Positions 18,477-27,046 of a DNA stretch of 29,248 nt are shown one piece after another. Positions within the stretch are counted from its first letter, which is position 1. Each line of letters starts with the position of its first letter. Origin of the DNA: an uncultured virus (IMG/VR IMGVR_UViG_3300018080_000012) (lineage: Duplodnaviria; Heunggongvirae; Uroviricota; Caudoviricetes); IMG/VR virus record IMGVR_UViG_3300018080_000012. One strand, given 5' to 3'. Below the pieces are notes generated by a model. It did not search any database. It worked only from the letters and a program-made list of their open reading frames with translations, and had not been told where the DNA came from. The translations under genes and the position numbers were made by a program.

Positions 18477-18818
18477 TTAAAACTCGTCTAAATCGACATC
18501 GAAGTCTTCTTCTTTGTCTTTTTTGACGTCCTTTTTTTCTTCTACTTTATTATCTTCTTTTTTTGAAGCATCATTGCTCTCTTTCTTTTTCTCTACGTTC
18601 TTCTTTTCTTTTACTTTTTTGTCTTCTTTTGTTTTCTTTACTTTACTTTTCCCATCGCTAAATTCATTCTTGAAAATTCGATTAACAGTGAAATCGGGTT
18701 GACCGTCATTCTTTGTATCTCCCATCTCTTTCATTTTTTTAATTACTCCTTCTACTGTCATTCCTTTTGACAAAAGCTCTCTTGCAACTTTAGATCGATT
18801 AAATTTTTCGTTACTCAT
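18477..18818 (-). CDS. small protein with helical N-terminus and Lys/Glu-rich tail
   Basis: 113-aa ORF, GGAGG SD, ends FDVDLDEF. Confidence 0.75.
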   Translation of the reverse strand: MSNEKFNRSKVARELLSKGMTVEGVIKKMKEMGDTKNDGQPDFTVNRIFKNEFSDGKSKVKKTKEDKKVKEKKNVEKKKESNDASKKEDNKVEEKKDVKKDKEEDFDVDLDEF

Positions 18819-18860
18819 ATTCTTCCTCCAATAATAATATTAAATTCAATCATTATATTA

Positions 18861-18889
18861 ATTATATACATGATTTCATAATTATAAAC
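18861..18889 (-). promoter_or_regulatory. predicted promoter GTTTAT-N17-TATAAT
   Basis: Motif match in intergenic gap; shares TGTATATAATTAATATA with the 27508 promoter. Confidence 0.75.
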
Positions 18890-18898
18890 AAAAAACTT

Positions 18899-19867
18899 TC
18901 AATCTTCTTCAAAATATTTTCTATCAATAGTTCCCTTTTTCACAAAATCGTTTACGTTTATAGTATCCCAATAATTGCTATCTGGAATCTTTACATTTAA
19001 CTGCTTCTCTATTGTTTTTTTATCTGAACACGAATTATTAAATGTAGAATATTTATCAGATGCTTCGCACTCATTTCTTCCGCATTCTTTAAATAAACAT
19101 CCAAACGCTTCAGAAAGACTATATTTCTTATGATACTGACATTTTTTTGAAAAATCACATCCCGGTCTCAAATAATGAGCGATTAATGGAAATTTCTTTT
19201 TCATTTCTTCTCTTATCAACCAAGCAACAGCAACAGTTTGACTAGCTTCGCAAAATTTCATTCTATTAGAACAAAAATTCATAAGAGCTGCAAGATTCAT
19301 AGACATACTAAATCTGTGAATATTACTTATCGGTATTATATCTCTTGCAGTTTGCCAACTTCCTTTTCCTTTCTCAACTATCCTTTTATACATTTTCTTA
19401 CATTTAATAGCGAGCTTCATGTAATCATTTAAAAGATTTTTATCTTGATATATTTCATCTGCAATCCTAAATCCCATATTCGCATGATAATTATCTCGAG
19501 TTCCCATAGAACTGAAAACAGCTCCTATTCTTGCTCTTGCTATTTGATCAAAACACCATCTACTTACATTCTCTACAGCAAAAGTAAAAGAAACGCTTTC
19601 ATAAGCTAAAGGTAATGCTACTCTCTCAAGAACAGCTTTTACAACAAAAAATCTTCCTTTTATCCCTAAATCTTCCCATTTATCTATCTTATTTCCCCAA
19701 CAACTAGTTGCAAGAGTCACAAGAGGCTTATATATATTAGAAGGCCAATCTATCATTTTTACTTCTATGTCTTTTACTCCCATATAAAAAGGGGTTTCAA
19801 ATTTAGATTCTTCTTCGGGTAGAGTACCCATTATTCTTCTTAAATTATTGATTTTTTCATTTTCCAT
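18899..19867 (-). CDS. divergent ThyX-like flavin-dependent thymidylate synthase homolog
   Basis: FTFAVENVSR...QIARAR, ARDIIP, MNLAALMNFCSNR follow ThyX order; signature RHR-x7-S is altered; Cys-rich C-terminal extension. Confidence 0.8.
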   Translation of the reverse strand: MENEKINNLRRIMGTLPEEESKFETPFYMGVKDIEVKMIDWPSNIYKPLVTLATSCWGNKIDKWEDLGIKGRFFVVKAVLERVALPLAYESVSFTFAVENVSRWCFDQIARARIGAVFSSMGTRDNYHANMGFRIADEIYQDKNLLNDYMKLAIKCKKMYKRIVEKGKGSWQTARDIIPISNIHRFSMSMNLAALMNFCSNRMKFCEASQTVAVAWLIREEMKKKFPLIAHYLRPGCDFSKKCQYHKKYSLSEAFGCLFKECGRNECEASDKYSTFNNSCSDKKTIEKQLNVKIPDSNYWDTINVNDFVKKGTIDRKYFEED

Positions 19868-19890
19868 AAATTCCTCTTTATTTTTAAATA

Positions 19891-19919
19891 AATATATACC
19901 AAAAATTCAATTTATAAAC
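19891..19919 (-). promoter_or_regulatory. predicted promoter GTTTAT-N17-TATATT
   Basis: Motif match in the gap between dnaE and thyX-like; SD AGAGGA downstream. Confidence 0.7.
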
Positions 19920-19926
19920 TAAATAT

Positions 19927-22900
19927 TTAAATTTCCAAAACTTTCAAGCAACTATTCAAACTATCACTTATATTATAGCTTCCCGACTGAACGTGTAAAG
20001 AAATGCTAGAAATTGCTACAAACATACTTTCTTTTAAATATTTACTAACATATAAAACATCACTATTATTAAATACATTTATTCTTATAGAATCTGTATC
20101 GTCTGATATTACAAGCCTATAATATTTTTCACCAATTCTCTTTCCAGATTTTATTCTTGATGTAACTATTTTGTTTAACATACCCGCAACACTTCCTTCT
20201 TCTAATCCTTTTTTATTAAAATAGCTTGGAATAAAAAAGTTCTTAGAATTATCTATAATTTTCTTAATATTATCTGGGAATATACTATCTGATAAACAAA
20301 TATTCATCATATCAGTCTCTTTTTGAATAAGATCTAATTTATTCAAATCAATATGTTCATATTTTTTATTTACATTTATTTCTGTATTATATTCTTTTAT
20401 CAATTCGTTTCTATTTCCAAAATTATCAAAAGCTCCTGAATATATTAAAGATTCAACTTTTGTTTTATTTACTTTTCTACCTTTAAGCTTATTACAAAAA
20501 TCTTTTAAAGAAGAATATGGCCTTGCTTCAATTATATCTTTGCATATATTACCAGTATTTTTAATGTGATTGAATCCAAAAATTATAATATCATTATCTA
20601 TTATAGAAAAGTCTCCCATAGATTTATTCACGTCTGGATTTATAACTTTTATTCCTCTTTCTCTTGCATAATTAATATAAACTTTTAATGTTCTATCTTT
20701 TTGATTTGTCTCTTTTCCTCTACTAGTATTATTCAATAGCGCTGTAACAAACTCGATAAAATAATTTGCTTTTAAATAAAATTCTATATAACTTATCATC
20801 GCATAACTTATAGAGTGAGATCTGTTAAATCCATAAGCAGCGAAGCTAGCCATTTTCTCCCATAAATCTAATGCTTCATTCTTAGATAAAATCTTCACAG
20901 CATTTTTTATGAATTTATTTTTATATGATCTTACTTTTGCATATCTTTCAGATTCAACTTTCTCTCCTTTACCATATTTAACTAATGCTTTTCTAAAAGA
21001 ATTAGATTCTTTTAAATCAAATCCACCTATTTTTTGAGCTATCAACATTATTTGTTCTTGATAGATTATTATACCATAAGTCTCTTCAAGAATTTCTTTT
21101 AATTGTTTTGGTATCGAATAATGCACTTTATCGTTCTTTCTATTTGCAAATTCATCTGAAACTCCTGCTCTCAAAGGCCCTGGTCTTAACAACGAAGATG
21201 TATGAGATAAATCCATAAAACAATTTGGCTTTACTCTTTTCAATAAATCTCTAGATATTCTACTTTCAAATTGAAATATCCCATAAGTATCAGCTTCTTC
21301 AGCAAGCTTTAATGATTTTTTGTCATCCATAGGAATATTATACATATCTATTTCTATATCGTGTCTCTCTTTTATTATATCTATACAATCTTTTATTACT
21401 GACAAATTATTCAATCCCAAGATATCAAACTTTATAAAACCTAAAGCTGAAAGTTCATGATAATCAGAACCTTCTTGCCAAGCTGAAAATACTTTTTTAT
21501 CTCTACTCATCAATGCGATATTGTTAGATAAATCTCTATCTGAAATAATCATACCCGCTGCGTGTTTAGACATATTTCGTATTTGACCTCTAATCACTTC
21601 GCAAATATCAATAACTTCAGGATAATTTTCAAAATACTTTTCAACAGCAGGAAATTCTTCTTTAATTTCTTTAAACGTCATAGTATCACATTCACTTGTC
21701 ATTATATTCTTAGTTAAATGTAAAGTCTCATGCAACGGAATACTGTATACCCTTGCAATATCTAATAAAGTACTTCTTGCTTTAAAAATTCCATACGTTC
21801 CTATCGTACATACGTTTTTTTCTCCAAATCTTTCTATAATGTACTCTTTTACATCATCTCTGTATCTTGGCTCGAAATCAGTATCAATATCTGGAATATC
21901 TTTCCGTCCCTCTGAATAGAATCGTTCAAACAATAACCCGTATTTAATAGGATCTATTTCTGTTATTCTCAATAAATAGCTTATTAAACACCCTGCAGCT
22001 GATCCTCTTCCTGGCCCGACAATAATATTATTATTTTTAGCCCAATTGACAATATCTTCCATTATAAGAAAATAATCTGTAAATCCAGATTTCGTTATAA
22101 CGTCGTATTCGTGTTTCATTCTTTCAAAATAATCTTTATTTTTATTTTTTGAAAATCCTCTTTTTTTGAATCCATTTAATAACTTATTTTTTAATATTTG
22201 ATCGCTATTTTCACTTATTTTTGGAAGTTTCAAAGAAGTATCTAATTCAATATTTTCAATACTATTTATTAATTCAAAAACATTATCAAAAGCTTCTATA
22301 AAAACTTCTTTTGTAAATAAATTCGATTTATATTTTTTATTAAAAAGATCGTAAACATCTTCTATAGTCTTATAGTATAAATCTTTAGCTTCAAACTGAA
22401 ATATCTTATCTTTTTTCTTCTCATCTTCTAAATCTTTTAATGTGTAATTATCTCTTATCAATAACATAATATTATGAATTTTAGAATATTCTTTTTTCAA
22501 ATAATGAACATCACCTGTTATAATAAGCTTTGTATCAGTTTCTTTAGCAAGCTTTACTAATTTCTCGTTTATTTCAATATTTAAATCAAAATCTATCATT
22601 ATTAATTCTATATAGAATTCTTCAAATATTTGTTTATATTTTTCTACAAAATTTCTTGCTTTATCCCATTTATCTTCTAATAAAAATTTATTTAACTTAC
22701 CCGCAAGACATCCGCTTGTCGCAATTATTCCTTTAGAACAAGATTCTAAAAATTTGAAATCTGTTCTTGGCCTGTAGTAAAATCCATTTATCCAAGCATC
22801 AGAAGTAATTTTTACTATATTCTTAAACCCTTCTATATTCTTAGCTAATACGATCAAATGATTATTTTTTCTTTTTTCTACGGGAAGATCTTTTTTATTT

Positions 22901-23727
22901 TCAACTTTTCTATAATTATTAACATAAAGTTCACATCCGAAAATCGGCTTTATTTTCATCTGTTTACACGCTAAATATTGTCTTATAAACCCGCCAATAT
23001 TCCCATGATTTGTGATACAAATAGCAGGAAGATTTCTTTCTTTTGCTAATTCTACATAATCCTCTATTTTGCCTATAGCATCTCTTATCGAATATTCATC
23101 ATGGCAATGCAAATGAACAAACATTCTATTTCTTATTTTCTTAAGCGTATCTTTTATTGGATTTAATTGATTTATATATTCTTCTTTACTGCACTTTCCA
23201 TAAGAGATATACGAGGGATGATATATCGAAAAGAATATTCTATTTTTACTTCTCTTTATTTCGTAAAAAGATAATCCAAAATAGTCAGAAGAAAATCTAC
23301 CCGCACATATAATTAATTTTGGATTAACAACATTTATTTCTTCCTTAATATACTCAGAACATATTTTTGTTATATTTTCATTCGGCCTCAAATTATTTTT
23401 AGTAGAGCATTTAACTAAATTAGTTATATATACATCATTTAAATTAAATTTATGTTTTTCAAGCATCGCTTGAATATATTTACTATTAACACTATCGTCT
23501 TCTCCAAAGCATCTATTTCCCTTTCTACTTTCTGATGGATTTTGAGCTATTATCATAATAGGAGCATTTAATCTTCCATTACTTCTTACAACTTCGCGAT
23601 TAACACTTAATTTTTTTAACTCACACTTTTCGCATTTTTCTACAAGATCGTAAATGTCATCTATAGATAATTCTTTTTCCTTTTCCTCTTGAAATTTAGA
23701 AACTACATCGCTTTTCAACATACTCAT
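19927..23727 (-). CDS. dnaE: DNA polymerase III alpha (DnaE) with N-terminal family-4-like uracil-DNA glycosylase domain
   Basis: aa 1-200: CEKC, AQNPS, YITNLVKC, HPSY; then PHP (VHLHCH, TNHG, GDVHY), GPGRGSAAG, PDIDTDF, KHAAG, KFDILGL, YGFNRSHS. Confidence 0.95.
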   Translation of the reverse strand: MSMLKSDVVSKFQEEKEKELSIDDIYDLVEKCEKCELKKLSVNREVVRSNGRLNAPIMIIAQNPSESRKGNRCFGEDDSVNSKYIQAMLEKHKFNLNDVYITNLVKCSTKNNLRPNENITKICSEYIKEEINVVNPKLIICAGRFSSDYFGLSFYEIKRSKNRIFFSIYHPSYISYGKCSKEEYINQLNPIKDTLKKIRNRMFVHLHCHDEYSIRDAIGKIEDYVELAKERNLPAICITNHGNIGGFIRQYLACKQMKIKPIFGCELYVNNYRKVENKKDLPVEKRKNNHLIVLAKNIEGFKNIVKITSDAWINGFYYRPRTDFKFLESCSKGIIATSGCLAGKLNKFLLEDKWDKARNFVEKYKQIFEEFYIELIMIDFDLNIEINEKLVKLAKETDTKLIITGDVHYLKKEYSKIHNIMLLIRDNYTLKDLEDEKKKDKIFQFEAKDLYYKTIEDVYDLFNKKYKSNLFTKEVFIEAFDNVFELINSIENIELDTSLKLPKISENSDQILKNKLLNGFKKRGFSKNKNKDYFERMKHEYDVITKSGFTDYFLIMEDIVNWAKNNNIIVGPGRGSAAGCLISYLLRITEIDPIKYGLLFERFYSEGRKDIPDIDTDFEPRYRDDVKEYIIERFGEKNVCTIGTYGIFKARSTLLDIARVYSIPLHETLHLTKNIMTSECDTMTFKEIKEEFPAVEKYFENYPEVIDICEVIRGQIRNMSKHAAGMIISDRDLSNNIALMSRDKKVFSAWQEGSDYHELSALGFIKFDILGLNNLSVIKDCIDIIKERHDIEIDMYNIPMDDKKSLKLAEEADTYGIFQFESRISRDLLKRVKPNCFMDLSHTSSLLRPGPLRAGVSDEFANRKNDKVHYSIPKQLKEILEETYGIIIYQEQIMLIAQKIGGFDLKESNSFRKALVKYGKGEKVESERYAKVRSYKNKFIKNAVKILSKNEALDLWEKMASFAAYGFNRSHSISYAMISYIEFYLKANYFIEFVTALLNNTSRGKETNQKDRTLKVYINYARERGIKVINPDVNKSMGDFSIIDNDIIIFGFNHIKNTGNICKDIIEARPYSSLKDFCNKLKGRKVNKTKVESLIYSGAFDNFGNRNELIKEYNTEINVNKKYEHIDLNKLDLIQKETDMMNICLSDSIFPDNIKKIIDNSKNFFIPSYFNKKGLEEGSVAGMLNKIVTSRIKSGKRIGEKYYRLVISDDTDSIRINVFNNSDVLYVSKYLKESMFVAISSISLHVQSGSYNISDSLNSCLKVLEI

Positions 23728-24185
23728 AAATTGAAATCCTCTTTAGCTTTTCTTGCTAATTCAATAGTATTACCATCAACATCAACTATATAACTTACTA
23801 AACCCGCTATAGGAAGATCTTTTTTTACTTTATCCATTTTTATACTTCTAAATTCATTCCTATATAATATATACAGATTAAGAACTTCATTAACATCTAC
23901 AATATCGTCTCCTAATTCTTTTATTTTTCTCTCTATATCTCCAATATCTCTTGGAAAAAGAAATATCAATAGAACATCAAAGTGTTCACATAATCTCTTA
24001 AAATCTTCTCGATACGCTTCTATATCATTCCCTCTTTTTTTAAGCTTCTCATACACGACTGCAGAAGAATACATTCTATCTATGAAAATATACTTATAAT
24101 TCGTTATTCTTTCTAGTTCTTTTTTAAAAGTAGTCTTCCCAACTTTGTCTGCTCCCTCTACTATTATTATATCAAACGTACTCAT
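23724..24185 (-). CDS. deoxynucleoside monophosphate kinase (thymidylate kinase-like)
   Basis: IIVEGADKVGKTT P-loop, IDR...S..VY motif. Confidence 0.85.
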   Translation of the reverse strand: MSTFDIIIVEGADKVGKTTFKKELERITNYKYIFIDRMYSSAVVYEKLKKRGNDIEAYREDFKRLCEHFDVLLIFLFPRDIGDIERKIKELGDDIVDVNEVLNLYILYRNEFRSIKMDKVKKDLPIAGLVSYIVDVDGNTIELARKAKEDFNL

Positions 24186-24651
24186 GAAAACTCCCTGCGT
24201 AGAAACAAATTATTCCAGAATCTACTTTTATTTGTTTTGAGATATCATCCAATATAAATTTCATCGTTATTAAATCATCTTTTAATTTATAGACATCAGA
24301 GCTTCTTGAAAAAACATGAATATTTAATTTTTCATTTCTAAATAATAATTGAGCGCATATCATACAATTAAGATTTTCTGAAATCCCCTCTTTATTATAA
24401 AAACTTAATACAACTCTTCTTGAATTAATATCTCGTTTAAGCTCTTCTACTATTTGTTGTTTATATTCTCTGTACGTATGTAAATATGGCTCTGCTTCGA
24501 CGCTGTTTAACTTTCTTTTTAACTCCTTATTATCTAAATTATTAATTAAATGTCCTTCTATTTCAATCGTTTTCTTATTGTCTACAATAACGACTCCGTT
24601 ATGTTTAAAAAAACATCTACAATATTTTTCAATCCCCATTTTCTCTATCAT
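24172..24651 (-). CDS. minimal thymidylate-synthase-fold protein (dCMP hydroxymethylase-like)
   Basis: QIVEELKRDINSRRVV, catalytic C..Q (NCMICAQ), RSSD, GSFHEY; only 159 aa. Confidence 0.8.
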   Translation of the reverse strand: MIEKMGIEKYCRCFFKHNGVVIVDNKKTIEIEGHLINNLDNKELKRKLNSVEAEPYLHTYREYKQQIVEELKRDINSRRVVLSFYNKEGISENLNCMICAQLLFRNEKLNIHVFSRSSDVYKLKDDLITMKFILDDISKQIKVDSGIICFYAGSFHEYV

Positions 24652-25562
24652 ATTTTTACCTCATCAAAATTATCTATCAAAATTACATTTTTGTATATTT
24701 TTCCTAAATCTTGAGAACTATTAAATAAATACACTTTAACGCCCAATTTAGATATCTTATTAGCTTTATTCAAATTGTCTTCTATAACAAACTTTATATT
24801 TTTCAAATCGAAATTATTTAAAATGCTTAAATCTTTTTTTCTATCCCACAATATAAAATCATATTTTATTTTATTTTTCTTCAACCAATAAATCGTGTCG
24901 TGATATATTCTACTATATTTATGGTAAGGTCTTGCTGTCAATAATATTATATTATACACATTTTTTTTTAACTTATTAACAAAACTTACAGCGCCATCTT
25001 TTACTTTTATATTTCTTTTATATCCTGATTTTCTGTAATCATCTTTCAAAGAATACAATGTCTCTAATTTTAATTTTTCTTCTACTTCACTCAATGAATC
25101 AAAATACGAATGAATTTTATTATTAATATATTTGATAAAACACTTCGGATAATCAGATAATACTCCATCTATATCTAAAATACATATTTTTTCGTAATTA
25201 AATATTTCTTTAATTTTTTTCTCTTGTTCGTATCTTTGTGAAACTACAAAAGATTTTCTTATAAAAACTTCTTCAAATTCTTTATAATTTACATTCCATA
25301 TTTGAAACAAACCCAATAAAAATTTCTGAGCATCAATTAAACTTTCAGTTATTTCTGATTTTAAAATTTCAAATTTATTATATCTTCTATGCATCTTAAA
25401 AGGAATAAGATCTAATATTTCATATATCTCTCTTGATAAATGCAATATAAATTCTTTTGTTTCTTTTATTTTTTCTTCTGTTGTTAACGAACTTATATCT
25501 TTATTTATATCTTTAAAGAACTTATCGTTGAATTCTTTTTGAATTTTCCAAAGTTTATTCAT
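24648..25562 (-). CDS. fusion of all-alpha NTP pyrophosphatase (dUTPase_2/MazG-like) and HAD 5'-nucleotidase-like phosphatase
   Basis: Start MNKLWK after GGAG; EIYE...PFK.H...ESLID; C-terminal DIDGVL, TAR, IEDN HAD motifs. Confidence 0.8.
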   Translation of the reverse strand: MNKLWKIQKEFNDKFFKDINKDISSLTTEEKIKETKEFILHLSREIYEILDLIPFKMHRRYNKFEILKSEITESLIDAQKFLLGLFQIWNVNYKEFEEVFIRKSFVVSQRYEQEKKIKEIFNYEKICILDIDGVLSDYPKCFIKYINNKIHSYFDSLSEVEEKLKLETLYSLKDDYRKSGYKRNIKVKDGAVSFVNKLKKNVYNIILLTARPYHKYSRIYHDTIYWLKKNKIKYDFILWDRKKDLSILNNFDLKNIKFVIEDNLNKANKISKLGVKVYLFNSSQDLGKIYKNVILIDNFDEVKI

Positions 25563-26439
25563 TAGACATCTCCAACGCTTTTTGTATAACATTATGAGAT
25601 CTTATTTTGTGACTAACTTGAGCGTATCTTCCAATACATTCTATATCTTCTATATTATCATAATTCTTATCGTCAACTAATATCCCTCTTTTAAAAAGAA
25701 ACTTTTTAGATTTTTTTAATATTTTTTCATCTATTTCAGAAATTCTATCTTTCCTTACTTCTATACATAAGAATCTATTCAAATTAGTTACTCTATGAAA
25801 CGCATACTTATAATCAGTAAAATAAACAAAATCGAAATCTTTTAAATCTATATTAAAATATTTTTTATCTAAAAGTAAAAAAATAACAGATATGTAATTC
25901 ACTTCTAATCTATAGAATATATTCAACAAAGATACTAAATCTTCAACAGGAATAGTATTTATAATTTTGTTATATTTATATATGTTATTATAAGTAAATA
26001 TTCTAGATTTCTTAATATCTATCGATATAATATTTTCTTCAATCAAATCTTTTTTATCTATAGATTCTATTATTTTTATCAACATCAAGTCATCTAAATC
26101 ATATCCATTCATAACATTCAAACCATCATTCATAGACGATTCGCTTAAAAGCAAACACGTACCTCTAGTCTTAGTGAAATATCTACATCGATTTTCAATA
26201 TCACACATAGAATGTATTTTATCTGCATAATAATATCCTATTTTATATGTCTTCAATTCTGGATAATAATTGATTCTTTTAAAAAAATCTTCTGTATATT
26301 GAGTTTTTTTTAATATTCTAGGCCCTAACTGAAAGCAACTTGAAAGTTGCCCACCTAATTTATTACCGATTATTTTATAATTTTTTAAATATACTTTTAA
26401 AATTAAACTCGTTATTCCAGATCCTAAAATATAGTTCAA
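25555..26439 (-). CDS. FAD-dependent oxidoreductase, UDP-galactopyranose mutase / HemY-like
   Basis: TTG start; ILGSGITS Rossmann motif, LGG, GPRIL, INTIP, FHRVT, GRYAQ. Confidence 0.72.
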   Translation of the reverse strand: MNYILGSGITSLILKVYLKNYKIIGNKLGGQLSSCFQLGPRILKKTQYTEDFFKRINYYPELKTYKIGYYYADKIHSMCDIENRCRYFTKTRGTCLLLSESSMNDGLNVMNGYDLDDLMLIKIIESIDKKDLIEENIISIDIKKSRIFTYNNIYKYNKIINTIPVEDLVSLLNIFYRLEVNYISVIFLLLDKKYFNIDLKDFDFVYFTDYKYAFHRVTNLNRFLCIEVRKDRISEIDEKILKKSKKFLFKRGILVDDKNYDNIEDIECIGRYAQVSHKIRSHNVIQKALEMSNE

Positions 26440-26443
26440 ATTT

Positions 26444-27046
26444 CTATTCTCCTTTGTATTCTTTTCTTTTTTGTCTATTAAAATTTTCTTTATTTTTCGT
26501 AATATATAAATTATAAAATGTCTTCCAATCTATTCCCAAATAAATTCCTATTGTAACAAAAAAATGAGCCATGTCTGCATATTCGTAAAAAATTTCAAGC
26601 ATATATTTTTTTGACAAATTGAAATCTATATTTTTGTATCTCTTCCATTCTTTATAAGGAAGTCTTTGCATAAGCTCTCCATACTCTATACAAAGATTTC
26701 TCCAGTTCTTATCTATAAAATTTATTCTATTTTTTAAACTCATCTCCTCATTAAAGTTCGCATATTTACTTTGAAAAAGAGTTTGCTTGTCCCATATCTC
26801 TTTTAAAGGATTCGACAAATCTTTTGGTATTTCTATATCTTCATATAGATGAGAGCATTCATTGTTGGGATTAATTTCATTGTTGTTATCTTGTTTCTTT
26901 CTACCTTGTTTTAATAATAGATCTACATAATCATAAGCTAATACATTTTCTTTCTTTTTCAAGAGTATTATTATTGATATAAGAAAAACGCATATCAATA
27001 AAAGTCCTCCCGAAATTAATATTAATGTTTCAATCATCTCTATCAC
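26444..27046 (-). CDS. dimeric dUTPase/dCTPase-like pyrophosphatase with N-terminal TM helix
   Basis: EYGEL...PYKEWK...EYADMAHFF...YITKNKENFNRQ; hydrophobic aa 5-29. Confidence 0.88.
   Translation of the reverse strand: MIEMIETLILISGGLLLICVFLISIIILLKKKENVLAYDYVDLLLKQGRKKQDNNNEINPNNECSHLYEDIEIPKDLSNPLKEIWDKQTLFQSKYANFNEEMSLKNRINFIDKNWRNLCIEYGELMQRLPYKEWKRYKNIDFNLSKKYMLEIFYEYADMAHFFVTIGIYLGIDWKTFYNLYITKNKENFNRQKRKEYKGE

Noticed and set aside
19927..23727. Intein or intron in dnaE
   Set aside because: The extra length is explained by the UDG-like domain, DnaE motifs are normally spaced and no splice-junction motifs were seen
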